This document shows positions 27,794-42,048 of a stretch of DNA of 64,000 nt, in pieces. The DNA is taken from positions 144,584,001-144,648,000 of the forward strand of contig NC_043000.1 in the NCBI RefSeq assembly GCF_006345805.1, written 5' to 3'. Source of the stretch: Octopus sinensis. Lineage: Eukaryota. The notes below the pieces were generated by a model, which searched no databases, was not told the DNA's origin, and saw only the letters and a list, made by a program, of their open reading frames with translations. Position 1 is the stretch's first letter. Every line of letters begins with the position of its first letter. The position numbers and the translations under genes were made by a program.

Positions 27794-30216
27794 TCTATAG
27801 TCTTTAATTTTTATCACGTGATTTCACTGCACTACCGAGCGCAACTCTGTGTGCCTTGGGTACGTGCTGTGGTTTGATGTTACTGTAGTGAAAGTGTCTT
27901 ACGTAGGGTGTGTGCTATTTTCTTTATGGTACATATATTTGTTAGTCCCGGTGTTTTTATTACGTATATGAATATTTTATTTTATCATTCTTAATTTGCA
28001 TATTATGATTGGAATTGTTTTTGTTTTTAGAATCTACATTCTAGTTACATCTATTTCCAGGGATTTATATTTTCAAAGCTTCTCCAATTTCTTTTAGAGA
28101 AATATAGTCATTTGTTGGTATTCAATCATCGATTAGAGAGCATTATTTTCTTAATGAACTTTGATAACTATATCCCGCCTACTTGTCTTCATTTCTCTAT
28201 CTGTATGTATTGGCATTTCCCATAGTATGGTTGCTTTTTCAATTTCTGTGACCTTTTCTGGCGTGTCCCTATACTAGCATATTTCTGTTCTTATTCCATA
28301 GCATTATCATAGCTTCCAACGTATATAAGTCCCAACTCTGTCGTGTGTGTATGAATACATTCCTTCTGAGCGAAGACTTGGCAGCCAGACACAATACGGT
28401 TTATTGTTTCTTGTCCATCTCCACATATGCAAGCAGTTGTTCTGTTTCTTTTCATTATATCTTTTTGCTAATTTCTGGTTGGTAGGCTTTGGCCTTGTGC
28501 TACAATTAAAAATCCCTCTGTCTCCGCTTTGAGTCCTGAGCTTCTCAGCCACTGTTGGGATTTTGCTTTGTCTGTTACTTTCGCGTTTAGTTTAACCCAG
28601 TATTTTCCATGAAGGGACTTTGCTTGCCATCATTTTATCATTATATGTGCTGTTCCAGTTTTAATTTGGAATTCAGCTGTCTTGCAACTTTTGTTGTTTC
28701 TTCTTTATCTCCATAATTGTTAGTTAGCAAGACTTCTTGTTTGTATTCGTCAGCGTCTTTAAAAACTGAAATCAGTTTCTTGCTTTGCCCTTGTTTTGTG
28801 GCTATTTGTATTAGTTTTTCTTGTTTCTGAAGTAGGTATTTTTGTAGTTCTACCGTGGTTACTTTGTAATAGGTTTCTAGATGTATAAGGCCTCAAATAC
28901 CTTCTATACATTGTATATATAACATTTCTAAGTCAGACTTTATGTGGCGCATTGTAAATGCTGTCTTTAGTTTTCTTGTTTTCATGTCTACTTGGATTAG
29001 TTCATTTAGTGTTATTGTAGCTGTAACATATAACTGAGACCGCTAGAGTGTTGACACCTATTATCTTGTTTTTCGCATTTTAGCTCTGATTTCAATATTA
29101 ATCTAACGCGTCTATTGTATTCTTTTTTAATTTTCTCTTCCAGCTGTGTGTGTTGTATCGAATCTCGTTCATTCATTCCTAAGGATTTGTAAGTCTGGCT
29201 TCGGTCTAATTCATTTACATTGGCTAGTGCGATGTTGCTGCTCTTCCTTAGTTTTCCACTTTTCAAGATTGCTTTGGCACATTTTTCTGAGCAAATTTCA
29301 TGTTTATTTCTTTAGCAAATCCATGTACTGTCTGTAGTAATGTTTCCAGGTGTTTATTATTTGTAGTATACAGTTTTAGGCCATCCATATATGAGGTAGC
29401 TGACTGTTTTGCCGTAACGGCCGTATCCACATCTAGCTCTGTATAGCATGTCAGTTAAATGTGCCTGTGACAAGCAAAAAGGAGTGGAGAGAGCGTGTCT
29501 CACTGGAATATTCCTATTCCAACGCGCATGGCTTTGGATTTTATGAGTCCTTCTTTTGTCTGGAGCTGTAGCACTATCTATAGAATGTGTTAAATATTTT
29601 ATGATTATTGGTGCTACCGTGTTCATAGCTAGTGTTTCTAAGGTATATGTATGGGGAATAGTATGAAAATTATTTCGGTAATCGATCCAGGCCATACTTA
29701 GACCCTTCTTCTTTCTGCGGCTGTCTCCAGTTATGGCTTTGCTGATAATTAGCTGATATTCAATGCCGTATGAGATCATGCAGCATCCCTTCTGCTCTTC
29801 TGAAAAGAGGTTGGTAATTTTCTGCGATATTATTGCAATAAAGGCTTTGTAAATTGTAGGAAGATAGGTTACTGGTCTGTAATTTTGTTGGTTTGCTCTC
29901 TCAGTGGAAATGTGAATTGGAACAATTTTCCCTTCCATGAGCCATTCAGGCATTGTGTCTGACTCTGCTAGTATGTCATTAAGTTTCTCAGCTATCTTTT
30001 TATGTGTTCCTGTCAGGTATTTTAAGCAGAAGTTGGGGCTCTTATCGTGCCTGGGTACCTTCCAGTTGCTTAGTTTTGTAGTGCCCGGGTGATCTCTTCA
30101 GATATTTATGAGGTCCAGAGTTGTTCAGAGGCTGAGTTAGTTGTTTTGATACACAGTTTCTGCGGTTATTCATTCGCAGACCATATTTATTTCCAAAATC
30201 CTCCCCCTTCTTCTGC

Positions 30217-30220
<4 letters not shown>
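27793..30220 (-). pseudogene. R4/Dong-type LINE, 2.4-kb decayed copy with RT, CCHC and RLE
   Basis: PEWLMEG, NYRPVTYLPTIYKAF, EEQKGC, LSMAWIDYR and HDRVGTYIRWKL fragments. Flanked by ATT/CAT repeats. Confidence 0.85.
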
Positions 30221-30270
<50 letters not shown>

Positions 30271-30331
30271 TAATATTATTATTATATTATTATTGTTGTT
30301 GTTGTCGCTGTCGTTGTTGTTGTTGTTGTTG

Positions 30332-30382
<51 letters not shown>

Positions 30383-30384
<2 letters not shown>

Positions 30385-31030
30385 CAAACAGTTGGGAACA
30401 TGAAACACGTCTAGGGCTTGGAAATGATCACATCTCACTCCTCTGGAACTTCTCCATTAAAACTGACAGAAAGATATATGCAAATAGGCCAGGCGTTATA
30501 TTGATAAACTTCAGACAAAACCATGCCTCCTCATTGATATGACTGTTCCAGTCGATATTAAGGTGTCTGTCAAGATCTACCAGAAACTGGGGGAGTATAC
30601 ATATTTTGAAATAGAAATTGGCAAAATCTCGAACCTCAAGACTAAAACAATACCTGTTGTCATAGGTGCCCTAAGAATGATAGCAAAAAGGGTTGATTGC
30701 TATCTCGCTCAGATACCAGGAAACTCCAAAATGTCAGAAATTCAAAAGATAGTGCTCATGGGAACTGCCCATATCCTACGTAAAATATTCTCTATGAAAT
30801 CTCAAATTTTAAAACAAACTCAAAATTTTCTTGTTTTCTTAAACGTTCTCTAGAAGAATATTAAGTACAATAAAAATAGATGACACCCTAGGCATAATAC
30901 CAACATGAACTTCTAACTTGTTGTCTGTTGAGGTCTCTAGGTGAGATGTGGAGATAACTTGTACAAATACAAATACAAAGCAAATGTCAAACATAAGAAT
31001 AACAAGAATATGAAGGAAAAGACATAAAGA
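30383..31030 (+). mobile_element. R4/Dong-type LINE 3' fragment, second subfamily (other + strand fragments at 33208-33536, 33824-34600 and ~53690-53945)
   Basis: IPVVIGALRMIAK...IQKIVLMGTAHILRK. At 33.8-34.5 kb: AAQDQ, CRICNKVDEIID, KILWDFPIQTD. Confidence 0.8.
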
Positions 31031-31511
31031 GAGTAATAGCAGCAAATGAGAAATTTATTGTCTTCAAAGCTGTTGTAAACGCCTTTTTTTTCTTCATTTT
31101 CCTTGTGTTGCACAGCGTTGCACGTGCTAGCAAGACTTTGATCGTCCCTCTATTTGCCTTTTAAGGCGCTGTGTGGGCGGAGACAATTAATTTTCAAACA
31201 TTTTTCGCTGTCTTCGGACAGCAGAGGGGGTAAATAAAAAAAGAGTTGACACTCTTCTTCAAGGACAGTTTTAAAATTTCAAAACTGAAAAATGAAAAAA
31301 ATGGAGAATTTAAATTCAAAATTCACCCCAATAGTGGAAAGGTCCCGCCCAACCGTCCAGCTCAGCAACAGCCCAGTCGACCTGGCCACAGAAATGTCGT
31401 AAGAAATTTTCAGAAAGAATATTATCAGTAAAAGTTTAACAAAATCCACGAGCAGAGACCAATAATAATAATAATGATAATGATGATGATGATGATGATG
31501 ATAATAATAAC

Positions 31512-31574
<63 letters not shown>

Positions 31575-31608
31575 TAATAATAATATAATAATAATAATAA
31601 TAATAATA

Positions 31609-31681
<73 letters not shown>

Positions 31682-32360
31682 TGATGATGATGATGATGAG
31701 GATGATGATAACAACAACAACAATAACAACAACGATAGATTTATGAACCACAAGGGTTTACATGAAGAAAAATAGTCATGCTCCTCCTCATCATCATCTG
31801 GATAATATTGTCTGGATTACTAGAGCTTTCCTAGCCGAATAAGTGATCCTCGTCCTAACAAAACCCCTGTATGGATTGGAGAGCAACGTGCAATTATTTT
31901 ACACAAAAACAAAACGTGCAAGCCTATCTCAGGAACGAAACAACTACCTAGTGATCGGGAATGCAGCATCAACTTAACCACACGCCCATGATTCAAGGGA
32001 GTATCCACTCGATAATAACTTTTTATCAATAAGAGAATAACGTTACAAATATGTTTTTTGTGTACGTATATAGAATGCAGTTGAAATAATATAAAAATAT
32101 ATATCGAAGATATAGAGAAAATCTATACATTTCAAGCAATTTATCAGAAACATCATTAAATAGGAAATATATTCCTGTGATGACTAAGTACTTATTAGTG
32201 ATAATGAAGTTTAAACGGAATTTGACCCATAAAATATATCTTTGTCAAGCACAGTAAAATTCTATGCCACAATAGAGTAATTTTCTTCAAATATCCTTGA
32301 ATTCTGATACATACAGACATACACGCATGGATAGTTATAGTCACACACAATAAATATACG

Positions 32361-32413
<53 letters not shown>

Positions 32414-33530
32414 TAGATACATACATATATATATATATAATATATATATATAATATATAATATATAATATATATATGCATAGATACATACATATATATAT
32501 ATATATATTATATATATATATATTGCATGAGTGTCCTTCCTGCAAGCACTTCATTAAATGCAACTTATCTGTATATTATATATTCAAAGGAATGGTTACA
32601 TGATATGAAACAGAATATGGCTGCAGATTGATCTAGGTGCTTGTGCATATCTTCTATGTTGCGATTGTCATGCATCAGATATGAGAGCTACAACTACTAG
32701 TTTGTGTGACGTTATTATATCATCCAATCGACTGAATATCCTACATGTCGTGTATTATGCCATTCTTTTGCATTTCGCTCATCTCCTGCGCAAATAAAAT
32801 GCATTCCTCTTGAGTAAAATGGATTTATTTAGAACATCGTTTGCTTTATGCATAAATGTTGAAATACGAGGGTGAATTTATTATAACATCTAAGATATCA
32901 CATAAGATTATCTTCCGTTCTGTGTACGTATATCTGAACACACGTTCAGATACAATCATGCACCCGTGCATAGAGGCAAAAGTTTGCACACGCGCACAAT
33001 CACGGACATGAATAGTGAGGCGTAGCTCTATGCGAACGTAAATACATGCGCATAAGTGTGTGTTTGTGGGAGAGTGCGTATGAACATGCGCACAAAAAAT
33101 ACAAATCTCAGCATATTTACATGCATGCGTACACATGCATTTCGCTATTATTTTATTGCATATGTATTTGATAATAATAATAACAATGATGATAGGAAAT
33201 CGAGCTAACTAGAGTATGGAGGCTGAAAACAGAATCAAGATCTGGAAAGATAGGTGACTCGAATGTGGGCCATAAAAACAGAAAAAAGATTTTACTATAG
33301 TTGGCATTAGGTATGACAAAAAACATTCAGACAAATACATAACAAAAAGATCAGGAGTTATGAGAATATATAACACAGAGAAAATAGCACTACTAGGCAC
33401 CGCGCACATTCTACATAAGTCACATTCAATACAGTTAAAATACGAGCACCACAACAAACCAAGCACATACACGAGGCACACAGAGCTGCGCTCCGGAGTG
33501 TTGTGAAAGCGCATGATAAAAATAAGACTA

Positions 33531-33599
<69 letters not shown>

Positions 33600-33619
33600 A
33601 AGAGAAGAAGAAGAAGAAG

Positions 33620-33650
<31 letters not shown>

Positions 33651-33687
33651 GAATTATCCCCATCCTCATCATTATTATTGTTATTAC

Positions 33688-33803
<116 letters not shown>

Positions 33804-36800
33804 TATTACTATTATTATTATTACGAACCCTAAAAATGACACTGTCAATAATATACTTGCAGCGCAGGACCAAGATCTGGCCACGAACTGTAGAGTGAAT
33901 CCTAGGAATGAGTACGGGTCTCTACAGTGTCGCATCTGTAATAAAGTGGATGAAATCATTGACCGTTTCACGAACGTACCCATGCGCTACACTGCTCAAA
34001 ACCACTACAAGTTGTGGCGATACGACCAGGTAGCGAAAGTGCCACGTTGGAAACTTTGCGAAAATTGGGGGCTAGAGAGAAGCAAGACGTAGTATGAGCG
34101 CAAACTCCAGAGAGTGATGGTGTCGAAGACTCGCAAAATCCTCTGGGATTTCCCAATTCAAACAGATCAGGCGCTAGAGTATAACATACTAGAGCTAGTG
34201 GTGGTCAACAAGATGCACCATATGTGCTATATAGTTGACGTTCAATGCCCGTTTGACTCGCGAATAGTCAAGACGGAAGGCGAGAAAATAGTTAAATATA
34301 ACCCTCTTAAGTAAGAAATAGCCCGGCTATGGAAAAATGAAGAAGAAGGTGAGGATAGTGCTAATTATTGTTTGGACCTTGGGAACAGTTTCAGAGGGCA
34401 TCAAGGGGAATATAAAGGAACTTTGGATAGAGTGTCCAGTAGAAGTGTTATACAAGTTTTGCTTCCTTGCACAGCCAGAATAATCAGGAAAGTATTAGAT
34501 AGCTGAAAAGAACGGATAACATGGTACCAAAATGTATATGTAGCAAGCCCGCTACGTATGCATGACTCCAGGAGTTCCAACAAAACCTGTGATAAAAATA
34601 AATAATATATTCTACATGATATATATTCGGTTATTGGCCGCTATCATCGTCTCCAACACGTAACATGTACTTTATTCTATCGAGTATAATATTTATAAAT
34701 GTAATGGCAGCAAACATGCCAACGCGACTTTAGTGTTTCTCAAGTAAATAAAAATTGTTTGCTTATAATGAATTTGACAACTTTCATACATTATAGTGTT
34801 TATTCTTCTCTAATTGTGATACGTTACAAATGCTCTTAATCTTCAGCTATCTCATGCACCACTTGCGGGAACTGAACTTCGCTCATCTCAAAACTAGAGA
34901 AATTATGCCTCTTCAGAATGACAAAATTATAACAGAAATAAAACCGAATGTTGATCGCAATGTTATGACGGAAAATAAGTTCTTTAATATGATGCATAAG
35001 ATTAACGAATAGTGGTCTGCTGATATTTGCATCACGTTTGAAACACTGTCAAGTATACGGCATACGTGATGACAAAATGCAAGCAGACACCATAGAAGAC
35101 CCAAATGGAAATAGCAGTAATAAAAAAGAATGCATACCTATTTTACAGTCATGCTCACCTCACACATGGCATGCATCCAGCGATAATATTTTTGTGTAAA
35201 TTTGAAGATAAATTACACTGTTGTAAACACAAATTTGGTACACTAACAGTGTAGTATGGTATAGAGAATTAGTTTACAAATGTATTTGTCGGCGTTACAA
35301 TTTTATATGAAAGTAAATATGCATAACGAAAAACCCAGTTTAAATATAACGATGTCAGATAGTACAATATCAAAAATGAAATATGCAGAATCAGAGGAAG
35401 TCTTTAGATATATAATATCGTGAAATCGTCGAGAATCCGTCTCTTTTGAAAAGCGTCATCGATCTTTGAACAAAAGGAAATGGTTCGAAGACAACCTAAA
35501 TCGATATTACAATGTACAAAGGATATCAATGTATTGCTGCTCAAAGGAGAATTAGACTTCTCTGAAATGAGGAAAGATTATCCATGGCCAGTGTAACGTC
35601 CGAAAATCCAATCAGATTTGGGACAATCGATTGTGCCCATAGGAATGCCATAAGTTTCTTATACTCTACCGAAAATCTAATTTGACGACACCAAACAATA
35701 TAATATACACTTGGCCAAATATTTAACTGGGGTACATAAATTACAATGAGAGTAATGTTATTAAATATGTTACACTTGCCTTAGTGATAAAAACAACAGG
35801 TTCACTCAGTGAAAGACTTTAGTGTTCACAAGAAAAGAAAGGAAAATATAAAATTACCAAAGATAACAAAAATAAACAAACAATAATGAATGCACTGAAA
35901 ATTAACACGACGGGAAATCGACATGACGAGATTAAAATATGCATAACTTCAGAGACCTAGATACTTTTACGCAATTAACAACGAGTTGAGTTATAGAATA
36001 ACTGTTCTAGAAGAAGAAAGAAATATTTGGAAATAATGATGGAAAACTAATAGAATTAAATGCAACATAGGTTCTGAAAAACTGATGTTATTTTCTAAGG
36101 AGACTAACAATTTCAGAACAGATGTTCAAGTAACCGATAAATATGAGTGGAAAGAGACTTGTCAACACAGCAAATAATTTGTTCAATGATATTTCGACAG
36201 TTAAGGCTTAAAAATAGAGTTCCTATATCTTATTAACACATTATAGAATACAACTTATCAAGATATAATATTTCAATTATGCCTAATCAATAATGTTACT
36301 GTAGGGGATGTTATATCAATCTATTTCAATACTGAATCACTTCTTTCTCAATCATAAGTAGTGCTAGATATTTTGGTATAAAGCGCAACACAGGATACAA
36401 ATAGACGAGAATATTTACATATTTCATTCACTTTCCAGCATATTTTTCTTTTAGATCTTGATTTTAAAATTAATTCGGCCTTCGGTGACAAAAATTAAAA
36501 GTGTAGGAAAGCTCAAAAAAGTACCAGCGGTGTTGGTGCAATTATAGCTACTCCTTATTCGAATTTTATTTTGTTACTAATTATTTTTTCTTTATTCAGG
36601 CCATTATGCGCATAATTACCCTTCATGTTCTCATTGCCGTTTGAATGCGCAGTGGCTAATTTTTTTTTTAAGTTTTACCATTATTAAGTTTCAATAATAT
36701 ATGGCTAATTGTAAATGAATGGCCAAAATTTGTTCTTTTCTTATTTATATTTATTCCTCACACAGGAAAATCTAAATTGTGCTTTTGCTTGAGTCGCTTC

Positions 36801-37454
36801 CTAAAGTATTACCTCTTGTTGTCATGGTTTTATATCTTCCTATAACTCTAATGACGTAATACTATGAGAGAAATTAATTTTCTATGACAATCCCGGTTTA
36901 TTTAAGACACCCCGTACAAAATCCTAAATAATTCAGTGCAGTTTTAACTGCAAATCTGTTAATGAAGATATTATGCTATTAATTCAATTTTATCTCTAGG
37001 ATTATTGTGATTTTGTGTAGCTCCTGACCGGTTTGGAAATCATTTCTGAAAAGACAACCATATGCCAATAATCCATTTTTGCACACTTATTGTCTGAAAA
37101 AAGAATGTTTTTCTTTAGAAACAATTTTTGATAGAAATTCTTTTCAAGTCATTCATTCAAACATGTAAAAAAAATGATTACTCACAGTTATATTTCATTC
37201 AATGGTGTTTAGTGCACCTCTGATTAATTCATTCCGTCTTGTTAGAGGGAACGAATTCCTATATACATACATACATGGACACATACATATATACACAAAC
37301 ATATATACACACACGCATATATATATATATATATATATGAGTTGCCTAATAGTGGTTTTATCTCAAATTCATATTTTGTATATTTGTACTGTGAAATTTG
37401 ATTTAATCCTAAAGCTAATTTTTCCCTGTAAGTTTGGAGCAATACTCACTAATA

Positions 37455-37506
<52 letters not shown>

Positions 37507-37608
37507 ATATATATATCATATATACATACATATATATATATATATATAAAACATTATTGGTGAATTGAAGAAATGGAGCTGAACGCAGATTGAACAGAAA
37601 TCGTTTTA

Positions 37609-37697
37609 TTTCATTCTACACGTGTTTCGAAAGGCACAAATTACCAAAATCCGATTGAATAATGGGACCATATTGTGTCTTTCTCTTCAGGAAGAAA
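37609..37697 (-). ncRNA. Type I hammerhead ribozyme in PLE pLTR (inverted twin at 40615-40703, + strand)
   Basis: tttcttc-CTGAAGA-gaaagacacaa...ttgtgcctttc-GAAAC-ACGT-GTA-gaatgaaa, with palindromic ACACGTGT. Confidence 0.75.
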
Positions 37698-38297
37698 AAA
37701 GGAAATCCGTTAGAGAAACAAAAACAGAACAGAGGCGGAGCAAAAACCAAATCGAACTATGCTCCTAAGAGCCCATGGCGAAACTGTTTATCAGTGTATG
37801 CTGAGAACCGGTGGCTGAAGAATTCTACAGGTCAGGCATCGGTCAATCATGTGGGTGAGGGTGTATAGATGTTCTTAGTGACCGAGAATAAAGTTCTGAC
37901 TATTTAAGGAATATTGGATGTTTTATAAGGGGCGAGAAAAATCTACTTAGAGACGTGTGTGTGTGTATACTGTTCTATATATGTGTGTGTTGGCGTAGGG
38001 GTAGAAAACACTTTTTGTGTACGTGTGTGCGTTTGATCGTTCGGCTGTCAGTGGCTACTGCCGTGATAACCGTTGGGTGGCAGAAAGAAAAAAATATATA
38101 TATATATATTATGTTTTATGTGTGTGTGTGTTCATCTGAGCCGGCCTTGTCAAGGAAACCCCCCGCTGTGAAAAAACCAAGCCCCGTTTGTCTTACAGGA
38201 GTAATTCCCCTTGCAGTGGATAATCGTAGATATCTTAAAGGCTATTTCAGAATTTGTTACCAAGGGCTATGGGTGCCGGTATTATTTATAAACGCTA

Positions 38298-40500
38298 TTT
38301 AAAAGCCAGATAAGTGTAACGCCGCCAATGGGGGCATCGAAAAGCCGACTGTAAGAGCCCGTTTACCATCCGGCCTCTGGCAAACAAAATATGGAAGAGT
38401 TCGGAGACACAAAGGTTACACTGTCTTCTGCCCCTATCAAATGGGAGGGCCACCGACAAAATTGACCATTCCAGCCTGTAGCTTAAGTTCGTATCCTTCA
38501 GTCGCCATATTAGCTTACTGAGTCCCGTGGTCTGGCGCTTGTTCACGTCCCGAAAAGTTGCGTAATGATTGGAGACACGCAAAGACATCTTGAGGATGAT
38601 GCCCCTACATAAGTGAAGACATCTGAGTCCGTGTAAACCTTGCATTGGTAGACGGCGTTTTTGATCTTGGAGTTCGCCGACGTAAATCTTAATCTGCTAG
38701 GATTAGTTTCTGAAATTAGAACTGCGTTCCTGTCACTATATTCGTTCCGAGACCTGCAGCCGCTTACTACTCTATTTTCCACTACGTCACTATTAACTAT
38801 AGGAATAACCCCTGATTCTCCACTATCTATCAGAGTACTGTCAATGCTAGTGCCCGTGGTGCTGCTATTGCGGGAAATGATGCTGGGGTTGCTATGGGGC
38901 TCTCTACCCTACTCCTATTGTTACCGTCAACCACAACACCCCATTTATAACTATACCCCTAGTGGGTACTCCCTGGCTGGAGCCGAGATTATGTGTCACT
39001 GTACTGGCTCTCATATCATTATTACTACTATAATTATTCCTACTGAGCATTAAACCGGGAGCGGAAGAGGCTGTGCCTCCGGAAAAAGGTGATAGGGTCT
39101 TAGTAAGTAGCCTATTATTATGGGAGGCGATTATCTGGGCGAGGTTTTTAGTGTTGGAGAAAGCTATCCTAACTTTATGTGAGTTAACCGTGGAGTAATA
39201 TTTGGAATTTCTGGGGAAGTTATTGGCGATGGCTTGTCTAAACAAGAGGGGGAGGTTAGTTCTAATCTGCTTACCAAAGGGGATTACAAACCATATATGC
39301 TTATTCCTATCAGTGTGATGGGTCGGGACGCTAGCTCTCGCACTCTGGTGGGTGATTCTCGGATAAATAACGGGTCTTGGGTTAGTGTAAGACCTCCCGA
39401 CCGATAATTATCCTTGTTCGCTAAATTAAATGCGGGAGCGACTACCCCGGCATCCGCCGCGCTCCCGTCCTTACTTAAAATGTTAATGTTATTATATACG
39501 GCCCTATCCTGATGACCGAATGATGGCATCGGAAGGGCCGGATCAATATAAATTACCTTCTGCCTATAACCGGCCTTGGACAGTGCGGCGTTATAAAATT
39601 CCGCTTTCTGCATAAAAATATCGGCACTGGCGGACAAGCCAGACAATCTTAGAGAGATGTTTTTAACCAAATTGTCTGTTACGGTTTTGGCATGATTTGA
39701 GAAGACACTGACATACTTCAAATTAGTGGAAGGCTTATGGTAAGGGCAGTATGAGTCGCTATTAAGGTTAAGTGTAACGTCTAGGAAATTAGCCTTGGTG
39801 AGTTCATTATCAAAAACTATACTCATGCCCATTCTATTAAAAAACCTAGCTAACCTGCTCTTAGTTTTCTGCACTATTCTGTTCGTGGTGTTTTGCAGGT
39901 AAAACAGACAATCGTCACGATACAGGCCGCCCGCGATCTCCGGGAATTGGTCGGACAATTCGTAGAGAATATATATACCGACTAAATCGGCTATCTGCGC
40001 ACTATCCGAACTACCCATAGGCACATCAAATTCATTGGGAGTATTTTTACGGATCCACAACTTATTATCAAACTTAATAAACGATTTCCTGGCAACTAAA
40101 ATGATATCTATCTCTTCTCTGGTGAGGCCAGCCTTGTTGTGAGCATGCCAGAGGGCCTTATTTAGCACACTAGGGTTAATCGAGGGGTAGAAGCTGGCGA
40201 TATCAAACTGAATGAACCTAGTACGGTTCTTATTGGGGATGGAAGAGAACCACTTCACTACCTGGGAGGAGTTGGCCCAGAGGCTGAGCTTCAGCTTGTT
40301 TACTAAACTAGGATGTATTTATCTAAAATGTACTTACTGATTATCCCGATATCAGATCTAGCAGGGCATATGAGTCTTAGCGCTGGGTTGGTGTGGAAGT
40401 TAGGCTTATGGTCCTTCACTATAAATCTGGGTTGCTTGGGGCTAAGCGGCTGAGTTCTCATTTGAATTCGGTGTTTAAATATTATTTCCTTAATTTCCAA
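38298..40500 (-). pseudogene. PLE RT + GIY-YIG ORF, 5'-truncated, several frameshifts
   Basis: KDHKPNF..RLICPARSDIG, FIQFDIASFYPSI, FDVPMGSSD, GLYRDDCL, NFLDVTL, IWFVIPF, AVYQCKV..TYVG, LSKLIWRLK, CNLCVSE, CPH. Confidence 0.9.
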
Positions 40501-40918
40501 GTTTATTCATCTTTCTATTTCACATAATACATACCGCTTCGTCTTAGGAGCATAGTTCGATTTGGTTTTTGCTCCGCCTCTGTTCTGTTTTTGTTTCTCT
40601 AACGGATTTCCTTTTTTCTTCCTGAAGAGAAAGACACAATATGGTCCCATTATTCAATCGGATTTTGGTAATTTGTGCCTTTCGAAACACGTGTAGAATG
40701 AAATAAAACGATTTCTGTTCAATCTGCGTTCAGCTCCATTTCTTCAATTCACCAATAATGTTTTAATTTCAATTATCCGCACCAACGCACGGTTGCTTGC
40801 AACGCAGTGGTGTACCTCCAACCGTGCTGTTTACTGCTGTGATTTTTGCTACTAAGGTATCGGTTAACTTTTGATTAATCTACAACAAGATTATTCATCT
40901 TTCTATTTCACATTATAT

Positions 40919-40951
<33 letters not shown>

Positions 40952-41812
40952 CCTAGCAACGAAAATGAGTTTCAGCAGTGGCAAATCAAAATTATTCAAA
41001 CTTATGCTAAAAGATTCCAGAACCTGAAGGCTACAAAAAAAAGAAGCAAAAATCAAATAATGCTTGTAATCTTAGATATATGAATATTAAACTAAACACT
41101 CCGATATGGAGCAGTAGCATAGAGTATATAATTTGATTTAAATTATCAAATTATTTGAAACTCTACAATCTCGGGGCATTTTAACCAACTGTATGTATTT
41201 TTTCTTCTGTAGATTCTCATGCCATCAAGCAGACCTTCACTCTGGTTTTTAAGCCCATTTAAACACTGTCTATGTCTTGATTTTGAATGATGTTACAGAA
41301 ATACAGAGAGAATACTGAACAGTGCATCCTCGTGTATTTCTTATCCAAAATGGAGGTTAGCGCCAATACTTCCATGTGGCACGCGTTCACAGATGTGAAG
41401 ATATTTTTGTGGAAACCATTGCTTGCTTTTTTAACCACAAATGACTCAGACGCACACATACACATACAGGCATATATATAGATAAATTGAATGGGAGACA
41501 TTTGTACATGGATACACACATACAAACATATATCTATTTCTCTCACTCTCTCTCTTTCTAAATATATCCATCTATCTCTCTCTCTCTCTATATATATATA
41601 GAGAGAGAGAGAGAGAAAGAGAGAGAGAGGGACAGAGAGACAGAGAGACAGAAAGACAGAGAGACAGAGAGACAGAGAGACAGAGAGACAGACAGAATGA
41701 TAGATAGATATACGCACAAACTACTATACACAAATTTGCTACACACACATATATATATATATATTTATACATATATATATGTGCACATAGCAATGTATGC
41801 ATATATATAGAG

Positions 41813-41848
<36 letters not shown>

Positions 41849-42003
41849 AGAGAGAGAAGGGGAGTTAGAGAGAGATAGAGAACTATAAAGATATAGATAT
41901 ATGCACGTAGTATATAAATGCATCAGTATACTTATATCTATATCTATCTTTTAATAGATAGTTAGGTAGATAGAGATAGATAGATAGATAGATAGATAGA
42001 TAT

Positions 42004-42048
<45 letters not shown>

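Larger units (their letters stand above)
37547..40913 (-). mobile_element. Penelope-like retroelement (C-terminal EN type, resembling the Hydra clade) with inverted pseudo-LTRs, inserted in (TA)n
   Basis: 224-bp inverted repeat at 37547-37770 and 40542-40765. RT and GIY-YIG coding pieces lie between. (TA)n flanks both sides. Confidence 0.9.

Noticed and set aside
34620-37240. Long repeat-poor stretch possibly holding host exons (also 14600-17050)
   Set aside because: No sustained ORF or recognisable protein motif. Small exons cannot be excluded without RNA-seq.
41286-41422. Weak multi-helix fold-back
   Set aside because: Short G-U-rich helices with a large unpaired bulge, compatible with chance.
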